64,000 nucleotides of DNA from Ylistrum balloti. Lineage: Eukaryota. Below the pieces are notes generated by a model. The model searched no databases. It saw only the letters and a list, made by a program, of their open reading frames with translations, and was not told the origin of the DNA. The stretch covers positions 1,116,001-1,180,000 of the forward strand of contig NW_026782328.1 of NCBI RefSeq assembly GCF_031769215.1, in the 5' to 3' direction. The stretch's first letter is position 1. The number at the start of each line of letters is the position of its first letter. Below are positions 38,111-50,900 of the stretch, one piece after another. Both the position numbers and the translations under genes were made by a program.

Positions 38111-40669
38111 GACGAAAATTTCTCAATCTTGTCTTTTCTAACTCTCGCCCAAAAAGAAACCTTGTCATACAAAATACAATATATTCGCCGTATAAGCGGT
38201 TTTTTAAAATATGATTACAATGTATTAGTTTCGTTTCGAAAATCATATTTAATTTGAAAAAAAAATCCAAATTATGCCTCAATCTCTCGCATAATGAAAA
38301 TTAGATATATCATTGTATCATTGTATTAACCAACCCATATGAATAAAGAACCTAATTTCACGAGACCTTTGAAAAATAGTAGCTGAAGCATCTCCCCGCA
38401 ACGGATCACGTTCTGATGAGGAACAAGACACGTGACAACGGAACCAACAGACATGCTAAAGAGCGGTGCTCATGCAAAACTTCCAATTTTACATCATGAA
38501 AATTTACTGGTCGCCCTATATTATAATGTCATTTTTCAACCTCCCTACAGAGTCCATCATCCAACATCTCTCGAAACTCTGTTGAATGGTCCCACTTTTT
38601 TAGCCTGTACCAATTATCTAAACTGCCGTTATGCAACTATATGTTATAAATTCTAACAATAAAGCACTGAAGGAAATAAAATCCATGAGTCAACAAACGA
38701 GAATAGATTTGAAAAAAAGTATTTAATTTTACAGGAAAAAAATAAAATATATATCAAAAAGCAAAAGTATATATACCACAATATATTGGTTTGAAGTTCT
38801 TAACCTTTCCGATTGGTTGTGTTGAAGAATACACACAATGCTTGTTACTTGGTGTGCTTTAATATTCATTTTCTCCTGCATTTGTGAGATTTCTAAACAA
38901 TTGTGAGCATATTTGTACGTGTGAGTGAGAACCTGTAGCAAATCCAGATAAATTAGCTGCAGCACCAGTCCAGAGAGCAAAACTAGTGTCTTTAACCATA
39001 AAACAGTTCTCCCAAGTTTCCTCATGAAATATCACGGGTGTCAGGCGTTCTGCAGGGGTTCGATGAAGACGTTCATCTGATTCAAAGCTGTGTTTGACAA
39101 AGGCTGCCGTAAATTGTTATGAAATAGAAAGAAGTCGTCTGTGACATTAACTCAGTGTTTGTTTATTCACCAAGGAGTCACAAAATTCAAGCCGAGTGTA
39201 TAGAGACAATAAGCACTGCGACACAGCTGATACGTCTTTGCTGGAAATGCATAACACAAATAAGTGTCTGGGGAACAGTTTGACTGCAGTCATGGTAGAT
39301 ATCGGTATTGACCAATATCAATATATTTGTTACACTTCGAACGGAGCTCATGAAATCTTGGTAATTGAAGATTTGGTTGAGATCTTGATCATATTTCATG
39401 GCAATGATTACAGACAGCTCTTAACATAATCACTAATGGGGGAAAACTAGCTTCGGAAGAGAATACGTAGCGAATCAATTTTGGGATCAACACCATAGAT
39501 CACGGTAAAGCTCTAACGTTGGGGTATCATTTCCAGTAACGATACTATATTGTACCGGCGCAAGAGTTTTAAAGTGTACCTTTAGTGAAAAAAGAAATAA
39601 ATATAGAGCTGTTTTTGTGATTAAAAATCAAATAGGTTGAAAACCGCACCAAAATAATTGACGTGTAAAGTGTATGATTTTCACCTGTCCTTCCATTACT
39701 AAGCAGCCTAAGGATGATTCGCGCTGAATGGGACCTTATCGGCTTTGATGTCACAAGTTTAACGACTGGTATCGGCCGCCATGGATAGAATAGCTATGCT
39801 ATGCAACGTTAGGTTTCAAATGAATGTTTTATAATTTTGAGGAATTCGATAATTCTGACAATAACAAAGACGGTAAACGGTAAAGAGATGAGGCACCTGA
39901 TATATACATTTATATAATCGTTGAAACTATTACTATAATGGGAAGTTTCATACATTGTATATCTACAATGATTATTACTATCAAAATAAAAATCCGTTCC
40001 TAGTCTTAGTGAAGGACTGCACCTGTCTAACGATATTTCATATAAGGTTTACGATAAAATGAGGATTACCCAACAAAATTGTATCCAAGAAGGGCACAAT
40101 AATTAAAGAAATTTTCCTTTGATATTTCTGTAAAGATGATTATAGTATGCTTGCGCTGCATGATTCTGTAAGTTCTTGAAGGTTTGGAATAGCATATTGA
40201 AACTACTGCGTTTGTGTCCCAAGTTACAGCAAACTGGTATTGACTGGTATTAAATTAATCTTTTATGACGAGATGCAGAAGGAACTTTATAAACATTTAT
40301 GCAGAATTGTTTTAATATGAGACAAAAGTTCATTTAACTGGTGTCAAAGGCTTTCACTCTTCTCAAGTGATAACCGGTACGTTCTTTGATTTCTAGGATT
40401 AGGATTACCATTCTTATATATAGGTGTTCTTACAGGTTTACATGTATTCTTACATTAGTCTCCAGTCCGAGGTTTTACTTAGAGTAAGCATATTGACAAC
40501 GGCATTAATTAAAAGTTAGACACAGTTAATACGCAAATTTACACCATTATCTTATACCTTTCTTTTGCTGTGCCTGTTCTCAAATGTATGCATTCAAAGA
40601 AAAAATGTTTTCTTTAATGAGGCACGTTAACAACTCACCTGAATGATCATACCAAAAATCACCCAAGAT

Positions 40670-40824
40670 CTTGTTTTTCTAGTTGAAAAGAAGAATTACG
40701 GAATAAGGATCGAATGTCAATATCAAAATTCAAAAGCCAAGAACTTGTTTTTCTAGTTGAAAAGAAGAATTACGGAATAAGGATCGAATATCAATATCAA
40801 AATTCAAAAGCCACGAACTTGTTT
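40670..40824. repeat. 74-bp tandem duplication (2 copies)
   Basis: CTTGTTTTTCTAGTTGAAAAGAAGAATTACGGAATAAGGATCGAAT.. starts at 40670 and 40744, with 2 mismatches. Confidence 0.9.
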
Positions 40825-42257
40825 AAGAGAGTGAAAATACGAAATAGTCGCGAACAATAGTTGGATTACAGTTATCGTTTGGAAAAATATAATTCTCAGT
40901 CATGTCAATATGAAATCAATAAGATAAGGAAAAATAATACCTCTTTTATCTCCAAGATTCACTGAATGGTTTGACAAACTGGTTCAACAACATTGCAGGA
41001 TTAATGTTTCTTAATGTTTTAATATAATGAAGGACACCTGTTTAAACTCCAAATCAAATGAAACACGAAAATATTTTCATAAGTTCTAATTCAATTTATT
41101 GCTGTGTTTCTTTTCATTACTGCTTATATATCAAAGGACAATAAAATGCGTTTTCTTGTTAGTACTAACCTTATACATGCTTCTAGATAATGGAATATGA
41201 AAAATAATACAATAAATATAAAACTAAACTTGTACTGTTATCATATGTGTTATCTTATCAGCAATTCAACCCATTGCTCTATTGCTGTCCATCGGAGAAC
41301 AAAACAATCTTACAAAAAATGTTGGTGGAACTTTTAAGAATATAGACGAGTGTACACAATTTATACTATAAAGTAATATTTCTTTCTGTTATTTTGTGAT
41401 GAACTATTCATTGTTGTATGATACACACATATATCGGAGACAATAAAATGTTAATTTTTCTTGTTAGCTTGTATGTAGGATTTATTCTTCTTAAATCTTA
41501 GTTGTGAAATTGTCATCTATCATTCGAATGTCAAGTCTGATACATATACGGTCATGTACCTAAAACATCAATCAATGTACGTAACCGGATGCTTAGTAAA
41601 CTCCGAACAGGATTAGATATTTGTCCCATTTGGTTCAACATACCTATTGTTTTGCCGATTTTGATGAGCACAATTGTGTAATATAATTGCATCTAAACGA
41701 CCAACGACAATTACGGAAATTGAAGAAATAAAAGGTCAAACCGCCCTAGTAATAAAAGATTGTGCAAAGATAAACAAATGAAAAGCAACCTTTCTTACAA
41801 AACAATTAGATAAAGTACTAGTAAAACTAAATCATTAATCAAACTGAATTTTACATCTGTTTTGTTCTTTTATATCTCGTCAGTGACGCTCAGTTTTGAC
41901 CATCAGAGGCGCGTCACTTTTTCGAATGCTGTATTACATTAAAATACGTCATCTTCGCTAATACTAATAATGCTTCTTGTTACTAGTTTCCCACTAAAAT
42001 GTCATTTACACATTCTTATTTTGCCAATGGGATTACCAGTGGAACCAGATTGTGAGAATGGCAGCAAAACAATTGACTTTATTGCGCTTCCTATCGGTAC
42101 GCTGTCGCCATTAACATACTACTTTGAAAAAGAAATAGAAAATACTATGAATTTAGCTATATTGCATCCTGTGCAGACATGTGTCAAATATTGAATAAAA
42201 CTTAAATGTCTGATGGTAGAGTCAGGTTACATCGTGTACATGATAGTCTCATATTCA

Positions 42258-45200
42258 TCATTGGTAGGAAAGATCGATTCCGTGTTCTTTCATATACTTG
42301 TCGTAAAGAGCATCAAACCTTTCGCTCTGTGCTACGGTGAAATAAGACTTCCAGTTGCCTACACAACCTGTAAAAAGAGTTCGCCAAAAAACAAAATGTT
42401 AGGATGAAGCTTAGGTCACATTTCTTATCAAATAAGTATATGAAAAGTATATTACATGTATCATAATCTAAAACACATCAATAAACTTTACGAATGCTTG
42501 CGTTGAATATGTTTAGAACAACTTTATATTAAAGTGTGATTTTCTTTAAAGCCTCTACTTATGATGTATGTCTACTGAACTGAAACAATCATGCACACCA
42601 TTGTAACTAATAAAATAGGTTTCAACTGTTACCTTTCCTGTAAATCGGTAGCCTTCCATCCTTTCTGTTATCTTTCCATATCTCAGTTTTTCCTGCGTCT
42701 GTTTCGTGTTCCTTTCGCATTTGTTCAAATTGAACTGCTTTTTCTACATCACGTGTAAATGATTCTGATCGTTCAAGCTGAAGGAAGTCTACTAACTTAA
42801 GTATAGTGCCATATGTATTCTGAAAAAAGATGACGAGAAGTTGTACGGAAGTTAGAGTAATAATTTGATGTTCCTCGTGTGGTTTGACTCGTCTGTCATT
42901 GTGTAATAACTAATAACATCACATCTATTGTTGTTTTACAAAATTCCTGTAAGTTTTTTAGTAGAGGACAACATAATGATTGCTTTCAACTATCACGATA
43001 AGATGATTCAGACCAGATCAAAAGGATCTCGATTGCTTAATTTATAGTGAGGAATATCGACCGCAGCCAAGTTGAAAATAAAAAAAATTAAGATAGATGC
43101 TGATAATCAGAATCTTTCAGATTATTTTCAATATAAATTCAGAAATGGAAAGAGTCAATGATAAATTACGATGGCTGATTGATAAGTTGTGAGGTTTGTA
43201 TTGAAGAAGTTAAGCAGAGACATTCGTTTTCAGCTCTACTATTTCCTGACTTTTTAAAGGTTGTGTTGAAGAAGACTGGTGTTCTTTGATCAGTTTACGT
43301 CGAAGAGGTAGCACAACAAGGCAATTGCTTTTGCAAAATGGACAAAATCGCTGAGAGAGCAGTGATCTAATATTGGAAATAGAAAGATCTGGCACCTAAA
43401 GATAGTATGGTAGCAACACTAGGGAACAATGTCCCTTCATATGCTACAGTGAAATGGTGGGTGGCGAAACTTCAGCGTGGCCGACAGAGCCTTGGAATGA
43501 CGCCCGTCCTGGAAGGTCTGTAACTGTTACAAACCCAGAAATGGTAAACAAAATCCATGATAGTGTTATGGCTGACAGCCGAGGTACAGGGAGACATGTA
43601 GACAGTGCAGTTGGGAATTCACAGGAAAGAGTACATTCCATTCTTATGAAAGATCTTGCAGTGAGAGATCTCACCAAGATTTCTGACAGTTGATCTTGCG
43701 CCATCAGATTTTCATCTATTTTCAAGGTAGAAAAAGGCCATTTCCGATACCCACTTTCCGTCAGATGGTGATACATGCAGTGGAGTACTTTCTGTACGTT
43801 CAAGAAAAGGACTTCTTTAAAATGACATTGGGGATCTTTAACATTGCTGGCTCATAACTTATCAATCAGCCCCGGTGAAATGTATCATAAACCTTTTCAT
43901 ACTTACATAGATTGTTGAAACCAAGGAGGTGCCTAACAATCATAGCTGCTTTAAATCATGTAAACGTATCGTACAGGTTACGAAACACATCGTGGACAGT
44001 ACATCCTTCATTACATAAAAACAGTTCGCTGATTCATTTTAGATGGTAACTAAATATCCACACCAGTAATGATTTTTTGATTGATAGCAACATTAGTATT
44101 CAAATGACAAACCTGTTTGATTTCTTCATATTGAAGGGAAAGAATTTGTAAGTCTTTATTTGAGTGTTTGGCATTCTGCCAACCTCTGACGTATGAGAAC
44201 CAATTGCCTCCGTATCCTGCAACTGGAATGATTAAAAAAAGAGAGCGTCATTTTTCTCAAATTTTATTTTTAAAATGTCTCAAAAACATTAAACGTCAAC
44301 TCTGGATCATAGCATATGTCAATTTTTCATGGTTTGGTTAAAGTAGAATAAAACGATCGTCACGTGTTTAAAGGCTATCCATTCGATAGGACAGGATAAA
44401 GTGAAAATCAAGTCTTGAATTTTCGCCAAAGAGGATTTTATTTTAATCATAACATGTAAAATTTTACGATTTAAGGAGGTGTGAAGGTAATGTTTGTTTG
44501 ATATCATTCAATATAGAATTAAGTTTAACGTAATATATCTAACTTTTGACTATTTCTGCTTATGATTTTGAATAGGACATTTGGAAGAAATTTCGATCGT
44601 GGACTACATTTCCTCAAAGAGACCATTTTAGATATTTCAAAATACTGTATATGATGGCAAGCATCAAGAATGCTTCAAGCGTAATGTAATATCTATTATG
44701 TGCTATAAATGAAACAATCCTATTTAAACTTTGCATAACATATTAAATACGAAGGAAAATGCTTGTTACAATTTACGAACTTTGATTACCATGATTTCAT
44801 CATCTTCAATAAATCCCATAACATTGATTCTGAATTCTATATTTTTCAACTGATATCTCGCAGTACTGCACATAAGACTTTGTGGGAAAATGAAAAAACA
44901 AAAATTACATTCATCTGACAGGCAGAAATCCAAAAATCCGTTGAAATCTCCTTCGTATATCGCCGTTTTATCTCCTTTGCAAAATTCATAATGCGATGTT
45001 ATCGTATCTTTCGGATTTCGCAGAACATGCACAATTTTCACTTGACCCAGTTTTGCCATTTTTGGGATTAATGGATAGGTAAGGTGAGTGTGTATAGTTC
45101 GGGGCGATTCAAGGTTTTTAAGTTCGCTTGGGGAATGAAAATCTATCATGTGTGGAGTTCCTCTGTATTGTGTGTTTTTTGTCCGCAACATCTGTATGAT

Positions 45201-45906
45201 GTTGTATACCCAGTGGGTTCCTGAAGCAGGAAAAGGTCATAATTATACATCAGAAATGATATCAATCCTCTCATCGTTCCAAATTAACACAAGCGCAATA
45301 AAATGATAAATAAGTGCGTGGAGTTGATCGAAACCACCAACTGATGAAGCCGCTAGAGTTTTGACAAGGCTTTTCGAAACAAATATAAAACGATTGCCTT
45401 CACCTTAACCTTCAACCATGAAACGCGAATTCGCACCTTAAACATACCAACCGAATTTACGTGTACGGTTATTTTCATCCAAATTAAGATTGAAGTTCGA
45501 TTAAATCCAAACTTCATTGGTTTAAACATAATATAGTGAGAATAAAATAATGTTATGCAACTAGCAATGAAATGGTATCCTCTTCAATGTAAATGATAAA
45601 GATTAAATATGTCCATAATCTTCACCAGTTTATGTTTGATAATCAGAACAAAATTAAAAATCACGTTACATGTATATAATTAAGTTTTTAAGAAAAATTC
45701 AGCTAGAGCGGTGGAACAGAGAAGATCAATTTACCTGATTTTGGATAAGTACACAACAGCACATCATCAGACCGGAGGACTAAAGAAGATACTTCTTCAA
45801 GATGGTCTCCAATATTGCCTGGAATATCTGGTATGAATTTCAAACCTTTGTAAAGCTTGAAACGAAATTTGTTTCCCTGAACGTCTGTTATTGCTTTCGT
45901 CTGCAT
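42258..45906 (-). CDS. Cytosolic sulfotransferase, paralog B (5 exons, 296 aa)
   Basis: Minus-strand exons 45906-45735, 45220-44909, 44222-44113, 42819-42633, 42367-42258; sum 891 nt, open frame. Same motifs as paralog A (TYPKSGTHW, RTIHTHL, RNPKDTITS, RKGCVGNWK). Confidence 0.93.
43169..43874 (+). mobile_element. Internally deleted mariner element with both TIRs, in SULT-B intron 3
   Basis: Left TIR TA|CGATGGCTGATTGATAAGTTGTGAG; right TIR (reverse complement) CCGGGGCTGATTGATAAGTTATGAG. Internal remnants MDKIAERAVI, LGNNVPSYATVKWW, DARPGRSVTVTNPEMVNKIHD, DLAPSDFHLF. Confidence 0.85.
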
Positions 45907-46999
45907 TATGAATGCCTTTAAACGAAATGGAAATCTGGAGTTAGGTCTAGATGTTGTCTCATATACTTTTTCGTATATATCATTGAACCATAAACAAGAA
46001 CTGAATATAAATAAGTGAATATATTAAGTAGAGCGAGTATCGCGTACATGACACCGCAATTTATTGTATGTTTAAAGTAATACAGCGCTCCATCACTAAA
46101 TGCTAATTATTTTGGAACATTGATAAATATATATGAATATTCTTTGATATGTTTAGATTTAATTAAAAAGTAGAAGGCATAGTTGACTATATCACGACAT
46201 TTCAGTCTACGTCATACACCAAAGTTTTGAATATGTCATGATACTACAGCAACTTGATGTCGCACAAGGAAACATTGCCCAATGACGTCATTTTGGTCAC
46301 AAAACTTTTCACAATTTCTTCATCAATAATCATCTCTAGAGAACCTTTTTTGTGAGTTTATCGGTCAAATATTAAAATTGGGATATTCTAAACATGCATT
46401 TTAATATCAAATCATTTTAATGTTAACATCATTGGTCCGGGAGGTGATTGACAAATTAAAAATGGAAAACTTATCATAGAGAAATCGGTATCATTTTGTT
46501 TTTGTTGCTTACATTTCATGCATATATGTATTGTTTTGAGAGTATGACAATACTTATTTGGATTGAGAAAGAATGAAAACATTGAAATAGCGGTTAATGA
46601 AACAATTTATACCTACCTCTCCGAAACAAACGCTTTATTTCCACTACATTTTTCGTCTAAATAATCATGTTATGCTCGTTTCGCTGTTTTGGGATTTGAA
46701 TTCAGATTTCGTCACTATTTCATCGTTTTCTTGTTTTGTCAGAATGTCACGATGAAGAGATAATATCTTTAATGGAGCTTTCCAACTTAATTTAGCTAAA
46801 GGCATAAACGTACGACTGTGTGTCGCCTATGTTATTCATTCCAGATAACATATTAAGTTCTCTGTACATAAATAAACATGGTTACACATGTTTGGAAAAG
46901 AAGTTCTATTTTTATTGTAATATTAAAAAATAAATGACATTTTAGTATATCTAAATACATGAAAAACAGGATACATTGCTAAACTCGTTACAAATTATG

Positions 47000-47240
47000 T
47001 TAAACGTTCGTGACGTGTTGTACTGATGTTACTTGTGTTTCGACAGATAGTAAGATATGTTATTAGTGTTGTTTGTTGACAAAGTTTGTCAAATTTGTCA
47101 ACTCCATTTCGGATGGCAATGAAACAATAGGAGGCAGTGTTCCATTGTTGCCACACGTTCTACATGGAAAAAGACTATAGAAACTGTGTGCCCTGACAAA
47201 CAACAAAAAGTAATAGCATTAGAAAATACCAATGTCATTT
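47000..47240 (-). pseudogene. Relic of SLC6 exon 3 (TM3/EL2)
   Basis: Reverse complement AAATGACATTGGTATTTTC..TTGTTTG..AGTTTCTA..TGGAACACT..TATTGTTTC..GAAATGGAGTTGACAAA..CACAAGTAACATCAGTACAACA aligns to 4440-4700, with deletions and frameshifts. Confidence 0.75.
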
Positions 47241-47935
47241 ACCGACATGTTCTAGACGTATCCATTGAGTCACCAACTTTGAAATGTCTTTTTATGGGAT
47301 TTATGGTTGTGATAAATGAGATATTGTTTGGGGTTAACAAAAAGAAATGTCTTCGTCTCTCTTTGGCATAACAACAACTTTTATCATAAAACGTTGACCA
47401 ATAGACAATCTGTTCACAGCAGAATGGCCTTAGTATGATATAATCATACTTATCTACATCGGTCGTTGATTTTCAGACGGGCACATTGTCTTGGTGTGTG
47501 GACTTATGTGAATAACATCCAAGTTTCGCGAGAAGCCGTTGTGTGAATTTCTCCTGCTCTTCCAAGAGGAAGAAAGACCCGATAATCGACTTTTTTAACG
47601 GTTTGATGCCGAAAGTCTGGTATAGGACACAGCCTGAAACAGTTTCTGTATCGAAAAATCAGCAATAATTGTAAACACTCTTTGTCATTAATTATAATGA
47701 TTTTATCCAATTAATGTTTTTACTCTGAATTGTTGTATTGCACACCAAACTCAAATGTGACTCTGAACAAAATTCGATCATTTGTTACATGTAGGTAATA
47801 GTCCTGTAGAATAATAACAATTGCCGATACTACTGTCTGTTGTCATTCAAGCATATCACAAGGTATTTCTCGTATCTAAAAAGATATTTCAAAGTTTGTG
47901 ATTCAATGGATACGTCTAGAACATATCGGTAAATG
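47236..47935. repeat. 58-bp inverted repeat pair (47236-47293 / 47878-47935)
   Basis: CATTTACCGACATGTTCTAGACGTATCCATTGAGTCACCAACTTTGAAATGTCTTTTT versus the reverse complement of the second arm: 4 mismatches. Confidence 0.85.
47473..47645 (-). pseudogene. Relic of SLC6 terminal exon 13 plus homologous 3' UTR
   Basis: Acceptor TTTTCGATACAG|AAACTG, then PIPDF..KVDYRVFL..EEQEKFTQRLLAKLGCYSHKSTHQDNVPV* across two frameshifts. Downstream sequence (47330-47472) resembles the SLC6-A 3' UTR (CTGTGAACAGA..). Confidence 0.8.
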
Positions 47936-48997
47936 CAGATTGTAAAGCCTGGACTGATTTCTCAAACCTTCTCTCATTGTTCATTCTCTATTAGCACAGT
48001 GTTAACATACCAAACCACGAGGATGTACTACTATTGTTCTTGGTGAAAAAGAAGACAGACATATCATGCAAACGTGTTCAACTCTTTCCAGTATATCGAA
48101 AACATTTAGTTCCATTAAAAGTATTAGAAATAACCATTGTCCCTTTGTCCTTTGGACGTGATGAACATCTTGCATGAGAAATAAATCTGGAACACAACAC
48201 TGTGTTCTCAGAAACATTTCTTCTTTTTTTGTCCATCGGGCGAATGTCGTACTTGACGGTATATATATGTTCATTTCTGAGTTCTGAGATCTGATCACAG
48301 GCTTAAGAGAATATTCTACTACTGTGGTCAGAAGAAATGGAACTATTTGTTTCAAGGACGAATAAGCCATATAGGATTCCAGATTAGGTATTTTAATGTG
48401 TAAACCAACCAATCTATCATTTAGCGTTCTAGTTAGAATATTGATTAAGCATTTTCTCCCAAAACCATATATTTGTTTTTCATTTTTGGCACTATATTCT
48501 TCCTTATGTACATGTTTGGACTTCAATTCCTATCTGTAAACGTACGACTACAGAGGTTACCAATAGCACATACAAACTGTTGTATTTGCTTCTTAGGACA
48601 TTTTACAAATCCACATCTACCGAATGCCAGATTCAAGCTATTTTTCTCTTAACAGTAAATCGCAGCTTCAGGCACAAATATATATAAAATGCGACTACGG
48701 ATTTTTACCAGGTACTCGGTGTTTTATGGTCTTTGAATGAGGTATTTTACATCAAAATATCTCATTTTGCACAAAGGATAACCTTTCAATCAAATCATAC
48801 AAATGTACTTATATATTATCAGCTTATGTGATATGAATACAATTTGAAACAGTATTGCGGGGAAAAAATACTTTTTTAAAGTTACACGTGTTTCTAGATG
48901 AAACATTAATGACTCCTTGGATTACAATATACATTACGATGTATAATTTGAAAAAATAAATTATACTGAATGAATATCTTGTTTCCACGGCACGAAA

Positions 48998-49130
48998 ATG
49001 GATCAAATGTCAAAAATTGCAGAGTAAAATCGAGATAGTATTTCAAGCAGGACCAAATGGGGCAATAAACTACAGGGTCTGATCTCAGTTCTTGGAATGA
49101 CATTGCGATTTGGAAATATATATTGTATGA
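48998..49130 (+). pseudogene. Relic of SLC6 exon 1
   Basis: MDQMSKIAE*NRDSISSRTKWGNKLQGLISVLGMTLRFGNI: in-frame stop and loss of WRFPY. No downstream exon 2 was found by eye. Confidence 0.85.
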
Positions 49131-50049
49131 ATCAAAATATATATTGTATGAATTAAGAGTAAAATTGCAATGGGAATATATTTGGGAAAGAGTCGTGTGC
49201 ATTTATGAGAATGAAATCTTTCGGTATGTGTTTACTTCATTCAATATATATGTAAACTGTAAGTACACAAGGTTGTATTTCAAGAATGTGTACCATTTGT
49301 TGAAAGTTTTTATGCAGATTGTAATGACAACATTAAGAGGGAAGATTTTAGAAAGTGTATATGTAGATAAGAAAATTATCGTAACTTTATAGATATTTAA
49401 TTGAACAAAAGTTGGTTTAAACAATTCTAAATATTACCTTTTATATATTTTATCTATATTTCTAAAGTAATGTACATATAATGGAAAGTGAATCTAGCGA
49501 TATATTGAATGGGAAATAAATAACGTTTTGAAAGGCTTTATTGATCATACAACTTCTGTATCCACGTGTCTAAGTTATGCAATGGCGCACCACCATCTGT
49601 CGTCCATCTGTTTATTATCCATAGACAGCTGGTCATTTATGTTCACCTGTGTGTTGTTTGTTCAGTATTCATGATTGCAGGTGTTAGGCACTGCTGTTGG
49701 ACTTTAAGTCCTCAGAGTTTGACATAGTTTGCATATCAGATTTTAATTCATTAAAATAGTGACACGATTTAGAATATACATATTTATTTGACGTTATTCT
49801 AAATTAACCAGATATTTAGAAATTATGCCATTCATTTAAACATGGGAACATTGCTTCTGCTCATAAAGAGTTTAACTTTCCTTTCAATCATTCGTTTCCT
49901 AGACTTTAAAATTTAGGCCCATGGCACCATAGGCGAAAATGTGCCATTCACTTGTGTGTCTACTGTACAGTTTCATACAATCACACTAGGAAGCACCGTT
50001 TCTTGCCCTCTGTTCCTCACTTTTCAATACATGCTTATTCACGCACCTG

Positions 50050-50900
50050 TGGTTGTCTATGCCTCTAACATATGGTTTAATAGTGTTAATATTGGTGATA
50101 AGAAGCTGTGATAAGGTTTGCTTAAATAACTGAACGAGCAGCTAGCAATAAAACGCTGTTTATATTCTTGTTCATACCAGAATTCGAATACAAATGAGGA
50201 AGTTTGCAATCTGAATGCGTTCTATATTGAATCAAGATTAGCTAGTATTTCTGCCTTGGTAAGGTTGGGTCAAATGAAAGTTGGGTTTCCTTCGTTATCG
50301 ATTAAATCATGTTCTTTCCGCATGCAGAAAATTTGTGCTGGAAAGATTAACCCATTAGATACATTATCTGACGGTACAACAACTTATCTATCATCCTAAT
50401 CTTAAAGCATGTTTATAACATGATGCGGAAGGAGTTTTTTCATCTTAGATTTCAAACTGTTTCAAAACAACATGGCCAGTTTTCCACGGAATTAATAAGA
50501 GTACTTAAATTCATATTCAAATTAATGAGCAGTGTTTCACAATAGTTGATTCCTTCATGCAAAAGATCTCATGGCTTAAAACTTTGTTTGGATAATGTGC
50601 AAATAGTCAATTACTATGTGCTCTGTTACAATGTGGAGTAGAACAGGAAACTCGAAAAAGATAATTAATCGACTAGTATTGGAAATAAACCACGTAATAT
50701 ATTGAAACTGTTAATATGACAACTTTCACTGGAAGGGCTGGGACAGATATGGAGAGTAACCGACAATCTTGTGGATAAGAAATAAATATGACTGACCTGT
50801 TTTAATTTCTAACAGAACAAATATTATATGTGGCAAACTTTACAAGTACTTTTTAAAGTCTTAGTTACAATGTGTATATTGTACTTGGTTTACTTACTTT
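50050..50900 (+). mobile_element. Possible L1/Tx1-like LINE 3' relic
   Basis: Fragmentary wording typical of the post-RT Cys/His region (..FFHGI.., C-x-x-C..ET) across broken frames. Judged by eye only. Confidence 0.3.

Noticed and set aside
48301-48388. Possible isolated + strand exon (LKRIFYYCGQKKWNYLFQGRISHIGFQIR) between AG and GT
   Set aside because: No neighbouring exons or family similarity could be identified; short open stretches between AG and GT arise by chance.
48002-48526. 174-aa minus-strand ORF as a gene
   Set aside because: No recognisable domain or motif, non-ATG start, and it lies in a rearranged relic region. A profile search (HHpred/Pfam) would be needed to revive it.
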